Below are positions 31,021-40,563 of a stretch of 64,000 bases of DNA, piece by piece (the first letter of the stretch is position 1; each line of letters starts with the position of its first letter). The stretch is from Gemmatimonadota bacterium (GTDB lineage: Bacteria > Gemmatimonadota > Gemmatimonadetes > Longimicrobiales > Gaopeijiaceae), in contig JAXHMG010000003.1 in the NCBI GenBank assembly GCA_034521595.1, forward strand, positions 288,001 to 352,000, in the 5' to 3' direction. The notes beneath the pieces are model-generated. The model ran no database searches, was not told where the DNA came from, and saw only the letters and a program-made list of their open reading frames with translations. The position numbers were made by a program, and so were the translations under genes.

Positions 31021-31083
31021 TTAGAAGCCGATCCGGCGATCGCTTGCCCGTGCCAGGCTGGACAGGGTACTCGGAATAGACAA
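31021..31083 (-). CDS. Putative 20-aa small peptide MSIPSTLSSLARASDRRIGF
   Basis: AAGGAGGTGATCC directly before TTG start; TAA stop; downstream terminator. Confidence 0.45.
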   Translation of the reverse strand: MSIPSTLSSLARASDRRIGF

Positions 31084-31290
31084 GGATCACCTCCTTTTTG
31101 CGGGTCGACATCGGGCTGAGCACCGGCGGGCCATGTGCCCGCGGTCCACCGGCCGGGTCAATGCACGCATCCCGGCGGGGCCCATCCTGGGACGAATCCG
31201 TCCCGGACGCAGCCATGATACAAACAGCCCCGACTCCCGGGCAAGGGCCGCGTTCACGTCCACGGTCGGTAGGGGACGGGAGGCGGACGG

Positions 31291-31962
31291 TCAGGCCGTG
31301 CGGTACGCGCTCAGGAGCATGCGGCCGCTGAACGCCAGCGCGATACCGATCCAGACGATGCCCCACACGAGGGTCGGGATCCCGGTGATCTCGGCCAGCA
31401 TCGCGGCGTCGGAGCGGAGCTCCGGCCGGTCGAGGACGTCGCTCTTGATGTCGAGGATCGCGTAGAGGCTGCTCGTGAGGCCGAGGGTGAGCAACACCGC
31501 TCGGTTGATGCCCCCGCTCGCGCGGCGGGCGATCCAGAAGAGGGCCGTGCCGAACGCCAACCCGAACGCGATGCCGAAGCCGCTCCGGACGTACAGGAGC
31601 GTGGCGACGACGATGATTCCGGCGATCACGGCGTTCACCGTGTCGGTTCTGGTGCGGCGGCCACGCGCCGCCGCGAACATGGCGCCGCCCCACGCGAGGC
31701 TGCCGAGGTAGCCGGCGCTCAACACCAGGAAGGCGTTGCCGCCGGGGCAGTAGCACGCGCCGCCCTGGTAGGGATCGAGGTCGATCCGGTGCACGGATCC
31801 GCCCGTGGCGAGCGACGCGCCCGCGTGGCTCAGCTCGTGGAGCAGGACCACGAAGATCTTCAGGGGATAGACGACCGGGGTCTCCCAGAAGAACCACAGG
31901 GCGGTGAAGAACACGCCGAACCCGAAGAGGAAGCGCAGCTTGCGCCACGTACGATTCGCCAT
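31291..31962 (-). CDS. M50B-like membrane metallopeptidase
   Basis: HELSH, LSAGYLG, SDA motifs; multiple TM helices. Confidence 0.85.
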   Translation of the reverse strand: MANRTWRKLRFLFGFGVFFTALWFFWETPVVYPLKIFVVLLHELSHAGASLATGGSVHRIDLDPYQGGACYCPGGNAFLVLSAGYLGSLAWGGAMFAAARGRRTRTDTVNAVIAGIIVVATLLYVRSGFGIAFGLAFGTALFWIARRASGGINRAVLLTLGLTSSLYAILDIKSDVLDRPELRSDAAMLAEITGIPTLVWGIVWIGIALAFSGRMLLSAYRTA

Positions 31963-31972
31963 GAGGTGGAGG

Positions 31973-33010
31973 TCAGGCTCCGCCGTCGGCGATCCGGAGG
32001 TCGTATCGGCGCTCGAAGAGCTCGCCGCGCTCCTCGATGTCGGCGCGCGCGAGGTTCGCGTTCTGCCCGGAGCGGGAGAGCGCGTCCAGCGCCGCCTCGG
32101 CCACTTGGCCCTCGCTGAGCCCGTGCTGGAACCCGAACGTCGCGGTCCACTGATACACCTGGTCCTCCCAGCGCCGCTCCAGCTCGGCCCGCTCCGCTTC
32201 GGGCACCCGGACGTCGCGCCGCTCGGCTTCGGCGAGCGCCGCGGCGCGGCGTGCCTCGGGTTCCGTCACGCCCTGGTCGTCGAGCCAGGCGTCCAGCACC
32301 GCTCGCGGGTCTTCGATCCGGGAGGCGACGGTGCGGACGACCGTGCTCCGCGCCTCCTCGAACGGCACGACCTCGCGGTCTTCGAGGCGGAGGATGTGGT
32401 ACCCGTACTGGGTCTCGGTCACGGGGCTGATCTCGCCGGGCTCGAGCGCGAGCGCCGCTTCCCAGAACTCCGGAACCCACGAGCCTTCCCGCCCGGGCTC
32501 GAGCAATCCCTCACGTCCTTCCGCACCCGGCTCCTCGGAGAGCTCGGCGGCGGTGGCCGCGAAGTCCGCCCCGTCCTGCAGTCGTTCCATGGCCCGCTCC
32601 GCCTTGGCCCTCGCCTCGGCGCGGTGCTCTTCCGAGCGCCACCGCTCACTGGTGAAGAGGATGTGGCGGACCGTGAGCTCCCAGGCCGGATCCGTCATGT
32701 ACCTGGATTCGAGCACGTCGTCGGAGACGTCGTTCTTCTCGAGCGTCAGCTCGGCCGCCAGCGCGTCGAGGCGGCGGTCGTCCATCCACCGCTCGATGAG
32801 CGGCGCACCCAGCTCGTCGGTCGTGGAGTCCGCGACCGCGAGCCCGAACGCCGCGAGGTAGGCGAGCATCTCCCGGCGATCCTCGGAGAGGCCCAGGACC
32901 TGGTCTTCGGTGAACGTGACGCCGTCGACGGCGACGGCGGGGGGCTCCGGGTCGCCACAGGCGGCGGCCGCGACGACGGCGATCAGGATCGTCTTGCGGG
33001 TGATGGACAT
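31973..33010 (-). CDS. Parvulin-type peptidylprolyl isomerase lipoprotein
   Basis: Lipobox AAAC; VRHIL, GEISPVTETQYGYHIL. Confidence 0.85.
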   Translation of the reverse strand: MSITRKTILIAVVAAAACGDPEPPAVAVDGVTFTEDQVLGLSEDRREMLAYLAAFGLAVADSTTDELGAPLIERWMDDRRLDALAAELTLEKNDVSDDVLESRYMTDPAWELTVRHILFTSERWRSEEHRAEARAKAERAMERLQDGADFAATAAELSEEPGAEGREGLLEPGREGSWVPEFWEAALALEPGEISPVTETQYGYHILRLEDREVVPFEEARSTVVRTVASRIEDPRAVLDAWLDDQGVTEPEARRAAALAEAERRDVRVPEAERAELERRWEDQVYQWTATFGFQHGLSEGQVAEAALDALSRSGQNANLARADIEERGELFERRYDLRIADGGA

Positions 33011-33146
33011 GTATCGAAAGTGCACGAAGGCCGCCGGGTCGCCAACCGTGGGTGGCGTCGCCGCCGTGGATATGGGAGGTTGACGGGAACCCGGCTGCGC
33101 GCCGGGGTGTTCCCTCCCTCGTATCGTTTCCGTAGCCCCGGATCCC

Positions 33147-33878
33147 GTGGAAATCTTCGCCCTTCTGCAGATCGAGCCGGCCGGAGGCCTGTCCGAGGCC
33201 CTCTCGTCGAGCCCGCTCCTCGCGCTCGCCGTCCTGTTCGGCGCGGGGATCCTCACGAGCCTGACCCCGTGCGTCTACCCGATGATCCCGATCACGGCGG
33301 CGGTCGTCGCCGGGACGTCGCGTGAGGATCAGTCGAAAGCGCGGACCGTCGGCCTCACGCTGACCTATGCGGTCGGGCTGGCCAGCCTCTACGCGTTGCT
33401 CGGTGCCCTCGCGGGCGTGTCGGGGCAGCTCTTCGGCGCGGTGAGCGCGAGCCCGTGGGCGCGGCTGGCGATCGGCAATCTGCTCATCCTCTTCGCGCTG
33501 GCCATGCTCGACGTGATTCCGGTGCCCGTGCCCCGGAAGCTGATGGAGCGGGCCTCGCGGACCGAAGGCGGGTCGTTCGGAGCCGTGTTCGTGATGGGTG
33601 CGATGTCCGGGGTGGTCGCCGCACCGTGCGGCGCGCCGGCGTTCGCGGTGGTGCTCACCTGGGTGGCGGCCACGCAGGCCGGCCTCATGGGCTTCGTCTA
33701 CCTCTTCGTCTTCTCGTTCGGGATGACGGCGCTGCTCATCGTGGTGGGGATCTTCTCGAGCGCGGTGACGCTGCTGCCGAGCTCCGGCTCCTGGATGATC
33801 TGGGTCAAGCGTGCCGCCGCGTTGATCATGATCGGCATGGCGGAGTATTACTTCGTGCTGGCCGGCTACAACTTCTGA
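33147..33878 (+). CDS. CcdA/DsbD-beta transmembrane electron transporter
   Basis: SLTPCVYPMIP and AAPCGAP redox Cys motifs. Confidence 0.88.
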   Translation: MEIFALLQIEPAGGLSEALSSSPLLALAVLFGAGILTSLTPCVYPMIPITAAVVAGTSREDQSKARTVGLTLTYAVGLASLYALLGALAGVSGQLFGAVSASPWARLAIGNLLILFALAMLDVIPVPVPRKLMERASRTEGGSFGAVFVMGAMSGVVAAPCGAPAFAVVLTWVAATQAGLMGFVYLFVFSFGMTALLIVVGIFSSAVTLLPSSGSWMIWVKRAAALIMIGMAEYYFVLAGYNF

Positions 33879-33919
33879 GCGGCTTCGACGCCGCTCGGGT
33901 TTTCACAAGGGGATATCTC

Positions 33920-34447
33920 ATGCGCGCAAAGCTCGCCTCCGCGATCGCGGTCTTCACGCTCCTCGGTCTCGGCACGCTCGTGCCGGGCGTCGCCGCCCAG
34001 TCCTCCGGAGAGGGCTCCGTCTCGCTTCCGATCGGGAGCGAGGCTCCGTCCGTCACGCTCGAGGACCTCGACGGCAACGAAGTCGACCTGCTCGAGCTCG
34101 TCGACGGCCAACCCGCGCTCATCGAGTTCTGGGCGAGCTGGTGTGAGCAGTGTGAAGCGCTGCAGCCGGAGATCGATCGCGTCCAGTCGATGTACGGGGA
34201 CGAGGTCCGCGTCGTCGCGGTGGCCGTCGCCGTGGCGCAGAACGTGCGCCGCGTCCGTCGGCACGTGGAGGGGGCCGGACACGACTACCCCTTCCTGTAC
34301 GACGCGCAGGGGACGGCGGTACGCGCCTACAAGGCACCGACGACCTCGGTCGTGGTGATGCTCGACGCCGACGGGCGGGTCGCCTACACCGGCGTGGGGC
34401 CCGACCAGGACCTCGTCGGCGCCGTGGAGCGACTGCTCGGGAGCTGA
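33920..34447 (+). CDS. Exported TlpA/ResA-family thioredoxin
   Basis: Signal peptide; FWASWCEQC. Confidence 0.88.
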   Translation: MRAKLASAIAVFTLLGLGTLVPGVAAQSSGEGSVSLPIGSEAPSVTLEDLDGNEVDLLELVDGQPALIEFWASWCEQCEALQPEIDRVQSMYGDEVRVVAVAVAVAQNVRRVRRHVEGAGHDYPFLYDAQGTAVRAYKAPTTSVVVMLDADGRVAYTGVGPDQDLVGAVERLLGS

Positions 34448-34448
34448 C

Positions 34449-35093
34449 TCAGGGCTCGACCGGCTCCGGCTCGGGCGTGACGCGGTCGACGATCTCGCCG
34501 AGCTCCTCGTAGGCGGTCGGGTCGACCTGGCGGAACTCGGGGATGACGCCGGCCACGTTTCCGTCCGGATCCACGACCACCACCGTGCGCATGTCGATGT
34601 TCGCGGTTCCGTCCTCGTCCCGGAGCGGCCCGCCGTAGCGCGCATAGGTGCCCGCGTCGTTGACCCCGTCGCTCGCGAAGATGAACGGAAAGTCGGTCTC
34701 GTGGAGCCAGGCGTGCAGCTCGTCTGCCGGATCCTGGGTGATGCCGAGCACCACGACGTTCCGGCCGTTGTTGAAGAGGCTCGCGTACTGATCACGGTAC
34801 GCCGTCATCTGGACTGTTCAGCCACTTCCCCGAGCGCGGAAGAAGAAGGCGAGCACGACCGTCTTGCCCCGGAAGTCGCTGAGGCTGACCGGCTCGTCGA
34901 GCACGCCGTACCGCGTCGCCGCGCGGAGCTCGAAGTCCGGTGCGGGCTCGCCGACCTCGACGAATTCGGCGCGGGCCTCGGACGCGGCGTCACCGGCCGA
35001 CGGTTCGGCCTCGTCCGCGGCGTCGGAGCCGCAGGCCGCGCCTGCCAACGCGAGGGCGGTCGTGGTGAGCAGCGTCATGGGAAATCGCTTCAT
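34449..35093 (-). CDS. Peroxiredoxin-like lipoprotein, probable selenoprotein (TGA 34818-34820 = Sec), 214 aa
   Basis: ORFs 34818..35093 and 34449..34808 are in one frame: KTVVLAFFFRARGSG-U-TVQMTAYRDQY; lipobox AGAAC; hairpin after TGA. Confidence 0.85.
34783..34802 (-). promoter_or_regulatory. Putative bacterial SECIS hairpin
   Basis: GCGTAC-CGTGATCA-GTACGC starting 15 nt after TGA; identical in the paralog. Confidence 0.7.
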
Positions 35094-35142
35094 GGCTATC
35101 GTCCGATGGGTGAAGGTGTCTGTCGGGAGCGAGGCGCGCTGC

Positions 35143-35739
35143 TCAGCCGTCGCCTTCCTCCGGCTCCGGCGTCACGCGGTCGATGATCTCGGCGAGCTCG
35201 TCGTACGCTGCCGGATCGACCTGGTTGAACTCCGGGATGACGCCGGCGATGCGCTGGTCCGGTCCGACGACGATGACCGCGCGGCTGTCGGCCATGTCGT
35301 TGTCGCGCAACCCACCGCCGAACGCCGCGTAGGTGCGGCCCTGGTTCGCGCCGTCACTGGCGAAGAGGAACGGGAAGTCCGCATCGTACGCCCAGGAGCG
35401 GAGCTCCTCGGGGGAGTCGTTCGAGATCCCCATGAGCACGACGTTCTGACCGTTGTTGAAGAGGCTTGCGTACTGATCACGGTACGCTGTCAGTTGGACT
35501 GTTCAGCCACGCGTTCGTACGCGGAAGAAGAAGGCGAGGACCACGGTCTTGCCCTCGTAGTCGCTCAGACGGACCGGTTCCTCGAGCAGGCCGTAACGGG
35601 TCGCGCCCGGCAGCGCGAAGTCGGGCGCCATCTCGCCGACCTCCAACAATCCGTCGGGCTCGGCCTGCGCTTCGACCCGGTCGGGTGCGCCGAGCGCGAG
35701 CAGCGCCGTGAGCATCCCGAGGGATATCGCTTTTCGCAT
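35143..35739 (-). CDS. Secreted peroxiredoxin-like protein, probable selenoprotein (TGA 35503-35505 = Sec), 198 aa
   Basis: In-frame KTVVLAFFFRVRTRG-U-TVQLTAYRDQY (TxxU); signal peptide; hairpin after TGA. Confidence 0.85.
35468..35487 (-). promoter_or_regulatory. Putative bacterial SECIS hairpin
   Basis: GCGTAC-CGTGATCA-GTACGC starting 15 nt after TGA. Confidence 0.7.
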
Positions 35740-35921
35740 CGGTGACTCGTCTCCGTAAAAGATGAAGTGACTTCGTTCATTATGGGATGTCTCGAAGGGT
35801 CAGGCCATCCCCACGCTGGAAACATTTGGCGATATTCGCGATCATTCGCCATCTTTGGAAGGAAATCCCCCCCGATTCGCCACATATCCTTCGTGCTTCC
35901 GTCTGACGAGGTCTCTCTACC

Positions 35922-36380
35922 TTGCTCTCAACCGAGCCGACGCTGTTGGTCGTAGAGGACGCCAGTGACCACGCGGCGCTCATTCGCGTGGCGGCGCGCC
36001 GTGCGTTTCCGGGGCTCGACGTCCGCGTGGCCGGGGACGGCCGGGAAGGGATCGCCTATCTCGAAGGCACGCCCCCCTTCCAGGACCGACGCTCGCACCC
36101 GTTCCCGGATCTGGTCATCCTCGACCTGATCATGCCCGACATCGACGGATTCGGCGTGCTCGAGCACGTCCGGAGCCGGCAGTGGCGGGACCCGTTTCCC
36201 ATCGTGGTCCTCACGGCCTCGCCGGATCCCGACGCACGCGAGCGCTCGCTCGAGCTCGGCGCCGATCAGTACTATCCGAAGCCCGAAGAGCTCGACGAGC
36301 TCGGTCGCGTGGTCGGCGAGATCGTGAAGACCTGGCTGCGCGACCACGTGGCCATGGGCACGATTCAGCCGGCGCTCTGA
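35922..36380 (+). CDS. Single-domain response regulator
   Basis: LVVED, LVILDLIMP, VVLTAS, YYPKP receiver motifs. Confidence 0.88.
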   Translation: MLSTEPTLLVVEDASDHAALIRVAARRAFPGLDVRVAGDGREGIAYLEGTPPFQDRRSHPFPDLVILDLIMPDIDGFGVLEHVRSRQWRDPFPIVVLTASPDPDARERSLELGADQYYPKPEELDELGRVVGEIVKTWLRDHVAMGTIQPAL

Positions 36381-36392
36381 GGGCTGTTGCTG

Positions 36393-36545
36393 TCAGGGTT
36401 CTGACGCGGGTTCTTCCGTGAACTCCTCCGGCACGAAGTCGCGCATGTTCACGTAGATCACCACCGCCCAGACCGCCAGCGCGAGCGCGATCACGATCAG
36501 GCCGGTCTTCAGGTTGATGCGGGCGTCGCGGATCCACTTCAGCAC
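36393..36545 (-). CDS. 50-aa single-pass membrane protein (absent from ORF track)
   Basis: GGAG + GTG; MLKWIRDARINLKTGLIVIALALAVWAVVIYVNMRDFVPEEFTEEPASEP; GC3-rich codons. Confidence 0.6.
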   Translation of the reverse strand: MLKWIRDARINLKTGLIVIALALAVWAVVIYVNMRDFVPEEFTEEPASEP

Positions 36546-36707
36546 GGTGCGCTCCGGGTTGCATATGGAAGGGGCGAGTGCGGTACGATCTCCACATCAT
36601 TGCGCGCCGGAAAGCCTCTGACAGGCAGCGACGACGAGGCACGCGCTTCGTAGCCCGGGCGTCACCTACCGAGATCGCGGCCGGAGGCCTATCTTTCCAG
36701 CCGCACA

Positions 36708-36780
36708 GGGGCCATAGCTCAGTTGGGAGAGCACCTGCTTTGCAAGCAGGGGGTCGGCGGTTCGAGCCCGCCTGGCTCCA
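36708..36780 (+). tRNA. tRNA-Ala(TGC), CCA not encoded
   Basis: GGGGCCATAGCTCAG...CCTGCTTTGCAAGCAGG...GGTTCGAG...TGGCTCCA cloverleaf with G3:U70 pair. Confidence 0.97.
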
Positions 36781-36845
36781 CTGGGGTTTCGTCGCCTTCG
36801 GGCGGTCTGTAGTGGCCGGGGTCCGAGATCCAGGGGGACCATCGG

Positions 36846-37330
36846 ATGGAAGGGCAGGACCCGCGCGCTGACGCCATGCTCATGGTGGGATACGCTCTCT
36901 GGCAACTCCAGGTGCTAGAGGAGGGTCTAGCCACCTTCCTGGTCCTCCGGCATTACGCCACGCTGGGGATGGGCCAAGAGGCTGCCCAGCCGCTGGTGGA
37001 CAAGGCGGAGGCTCGCACCATGGGCTCGCTGCTGCGGGAGCTGGTCACGAAGGGGTCCGTGGACCCGGACCTGGGCGACCGCCTCGCCGGCCTGCTGGCG
37101 GAAAGAAACTGGCTCGTGCATCGTTCCCGCCGCGAGTCGCGCGAGTTGCTCCAAGACGAAGCACGCGTGTCGCAGCTTCTTCTCGGCTCGACCGGATGGC
37201 GGACGAGGCCCTGGCGCTCTCAAAGCGGGTGGCTGAGGAAGTGGAGGCCCACGTGCTGAACGCTGGTGTCTCACGTGCCTACATCGACGCTCAGGCGGCC
37301 AAGCTGGCCGAGGAGTGGGGTCTCGCGTGA
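36846..37330 (+). pseudogene. HEPN-like protein, frameshifted near 37185
   Basis: ERNWLVH (Rx4H) motif; C-terminus ...AKLAEEWGLA* continues in another frame. Confidence 0.55.
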
Positions 37331-38046
37331 TGGGTGCAGTCCAAGCGTTCATCGACGGCGTGGCTCGGCTTCAACCTGTGATCGTGTCCGTCAGTGCAGG
37401 CACGGGTGCCGTGGTTGCGTTCCTGGGTCTTCGGGTATGGCGCGATCAACTGAAGGGGCCACTGAGTATGAGCTGGCCCGCCGGTTCCTTCGCGCGGCCC
37501 TTGAACTTCGGGACGCGATTCGCGACGTCCGCCGCCCCATGATCCTCAGTGGAGAGATTCACGCTGCCGCGAAGGAAGCCGGAATCGAGTTTGACCCCCA
37601 GTCACCCGGTCAAGAAGAGGCGGTGGCGGCCGCAAGAGTGCGTCGATGGAGGGGGGTGCAAGAGGCTACGTCTGCACTGCGTGTGGAAGAGCTGGAGGCG
37701 GAGGTCTTGTGGGGGCCACAGGTCGCCGCGTGCACAGAGGTACTTCATCAGGTTATCAGGTCCGGGTGGGTCGCTGACATGGAGTACAACGACCGGAAGG
37801 CGGAGAGGCATACGGACCGATGAGGATCGCACGCGAATACCGGAACTCCGGCGCATCATGTACGGCTCTGGCATTGAGGGCGACAAAACGGCGAGGGTGA
37901 TCGAAGATGCCGTTAGATCTGTCGAAGCCGAGCTGCGACCTCGGCTCGATCCTGGCTCCTCCGACTCCACACTCGAACGGGGTCGCTGGAATCCTCTATC
38001 GGTTTTGGTGGCCTCGGTGAGGCGCCTGAAGGGGTCTGATGCCTGA
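37330..38046 (+). pseudogene. Membrane-anchored hypothetical protein with two frameshifts
   Basis: TGATG coupling; TM-GLRVWRDQLKG / ATEYELARRFLRA / RIPELRRIMYG segments lie in three frames. Confidence 0.55.
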
Positions 38047-38659
38047 GGAAACGCTGAGGAGCCAGGTCGTCGCTGAGGGAAGAACCCGAATCGCGGCCGA
38101 GCGGGCCAGTGCGGAGAGCCACGTCATCGCCGCTGCCATCACTCTGCTGGGCGCTTTCGTGTTTCTCGTCGCCCTCGACCAGGACCCGGGCGGGGCTGTG
38201 GCCGGCCTCGCCGCGGGAGCGATCGTCTCTTTAGTGCTGAGCCTGGCGTTGCTCCTCTGGCACAAGGTCCGGTACCCCTTGAGGCGCCTGCGACTCGACA
38301 CTGAGCAAGTTGACCTCACCTATCGGTTTACGGACAAGATCCTGAGCTTCCACAAGACGTTCGTGTCGTCCTCGCCCCAAATTGCTCGCGAACTCGAAGA
38401 GGGATTCAGGCAAATCGAGCGCGGCGAAGAGCCGACCGCGACGGCCTACAGGGAGGCGCGGAGCATCATCGCAGCTTTCTTGCGAAACGTAGATAACGAG
38501 ACCCGGAACCTCCGGTCTCAGGTCATGCACAAGCCGCTCCCGGAAAAGCATGGCCGACTTCTCCATGTGATCGACCGGGTCGCGGCAAGCGCCCGATACC
38601 CGCTCTTCGGAGTTGGAGTTGCCCTGATGCTCGGCGCCATCCTGGCTAGGCTCTTGTAG
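38039..38659 (+). CDS. Hypothetical membrane protein (3 TM)
   Basis: 206-aa ORF overlapping the upstream stop. Confidence 0.6.
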   Translation: MPEETLRSQVVAEGRTRIAAERASAESHVIAAAITLLGAFVFLVALDQDPGGAVAGLAAGAIVSLVLSLALLLWHKVRYPLRRLRLDTEQVDLTYRFTDKILSFHKTFVSSSPQIARELEEGFRQIERGEEPTATAYREARSIIAAFLRNVDNETRNLRSQVMHKPLPEKHGRLLHVIDRVAASARYPLFGVGVALMLGAILARLL

Positions 38660-38971
38660 GGGGCGCACGGACACCCCGCCCTGGCCATGAGCACCGCACA
38701 AGCGGAACCAGGACAGGGGCCGTGGCGAGCCTCACCCGCAGGTGAACTGCCCCGGCATTGTCGAAGGAGCGGGCGGACGCAGGCTGGCAGATACCGTGCC
38801 TCCGCTCCTTCGGAGATGCCAAACCGCGAACGGCATGGATCTGAACCTCGCCAACCTTCTCTTCGTGCTGCTCGCGGCGTAGCTGGGCGGCGCATCTCAC
38901 CCTGGACACGCGAACGGGGTGCCCGCCACCTCGGCCGGACACCCCCGTTCACGTCAACCCGCAGGATCGGG

Positions 38972-39825
38972 TCAGTCGTCGAACTCGACCTCGAAGAAGC
39001 CGTTCTCGATCTCGATCTCGAGCTCCAGGAGCTGACCGGTCGTGTCGTAATCCCACTCACTCAGATCGCGCACGAACCCCTGGTTGTCGAGGAACCACAG
39101 ATCGGGCCGTATGTCGATGATGAGATCGCGGTTGGCCACCCCGTCGTTACCGATGACGAGGTTCGGAATGAGGTCCAGCTCGACCTCGACTTCGGCTTCG
39201 ATGAAGGTCCTGAACGTCACGGGCTCCCCACCTTCCGGCTGGAACGTTCCGGTAACGTACATGCTCGCGTTGTCGGGCCAGTCAGGCACGAGCGCGCGAA
39301 CCTCGTCCCTCAGCGCCGCCAGGGCGCCCTCCTTCTCGTCGTCGTCGATATCATCGATATCGATGTCTTCGACCTCGAAGTCGAGCTCATCGTACACACC
39401 CGGAGCGATGAGGGCCGAGAAGACGGAGATCGGGCTGCCGTCGAGCGGTAGATCGATGAGGTGGGGCTCCGCCTCGAAGTCCTCACAGTCGTCGAAAGTC
39501 TGGTCACCGAGGCCGTCGTCGTCGTCACAACCGTTTTCTTCCTCGAGCTCCATCTCGGAGACGATCATGAGGATCTCGTCGATGACGAGCGTGCCGTTCG
39601 TGCCATCGTACTGCACGGAGCGCCGGCCGGTCCGACAACGGAGGCGGCGGGAGCCGCACTCGCGGCGGCATCGGCCGTGCGGAAGCCGACGGTGACATTC
39701 TGGGGCCCGTCCACGCCGAGACTGTCTCCGCAGCCGACGAGAAGGAACGTGGAAAGAAGGGACAGGCCAACCGAGCGCATGCGGCTGGCGGAGGGGCTTC
39801 GCTGGACGGGAATATCTCTGTTCAT
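38972..39825 (-). pseudogene. Acidic lipoprotein, one frameshift near 39620
   Basis: Lipobox LVGC in the 39565..39825 frame; body in the 38972..39838 frame. Confidence 0.6.
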
Positions 39826-40104
39826 TGTGGACTTGCAACCTGTTGAAGTTCGACGGGCCGGATGAGTCAGACTCTTTCTGCCCTACTTACCTGGCAACGA
39901 ATGGGCCAACACGCCTCACTGCGTGCTTACCTTACTGCACCACAATGATTTACGCGATACAACCCACTCTCTTTCGTGCTCGCAGGACTCGAAAAAAAAC
40001 AGATTATGGGGCACATAGTACGCATTTCGCACTGTTTTGGTGGAGAGCCCGCCGGCGTAGGCGACGCAGGGGAGCTGGAGCGGGCGGTCGAGCTCCGTCA
40101 TGGT

Positions 40105-40262
40105 GCGGTCCCCGCGGGAGATCGGATCACGGCCGATTGCGAGGCGCCATTCCCCGTGCGGGCCCGGACTGCGCCGGGTGACAGCGCACCGCACCTGCCG
40201 TGCGCGCGAGCGCGTCAAATTCTCAACCGTCGCTTGTGTCCAAGATCAAGCCGGTGGTGACA
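40105..40262. repeat. Truncated copy of MITE-like element
   Basis: Near-identical to 42030-42307 but lacks 120 bp between GGCGCCAT repeats. Confidence 0.85.
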
Positions 40263-40308
40263 CCAGCCTACAATCCTGCGACTCCAACCGTGGAGCACCA
40301 CCGCTAGA

Positions 40309-40563
40309 TCAGGACTCTGACCCCGTCGAAGAATAGGCCATCACGCAGGATGCCGAGTGCTGCTGGACCTGCAAGCGGACTTGATCTACTCTTCGTCCAT
40401 CTCCGCCCCACACCGGGCCCTGCTCCGGAAACTCGGCCAAGAGCTCAATGCGTTCGAGGAAGCTCTCGAGGAGACGGTCGGCCGCGCCCGGTCGGTCACG
40501 CGCGATATAGCCGAAGATCTCCGCAACTTGGCTCCGAGCCCGCTCGAGCCAGCGGACAATCAC
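40309..40563 (-). pseudogene. RelE/ParE toxin lacking canonical C-terminus
   Basis: VRWLERARSQVAEIFGYIARDRP...FPEQG then diverges; no YRIxY strand. Confidence 0.7.

Noticed and set aside
31084-31096. GGATCACCTCCTT as the 3' end of a 16S rRNA gene
   Set aside because: Flanks show no 16S sequence; better read as an extended SD on the minus strand.
34818-35505. Pseudogenes or four separate small genes
   Set aside because: The same TGA sits at the catalytic position in both paralogs, with conserved downstream frame and hairpin, favouring Sec recoding.
37951-37959. CCTGGCTCC as another att copy
   Set aside because: Only 9 bp, inside coding sequence; expected by chance.
38743-38820. TGAACTGCCCCGG IS3-like end plus hairpin
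   Set aside because: No partner inverted repeat or transposase found; too weak to call.
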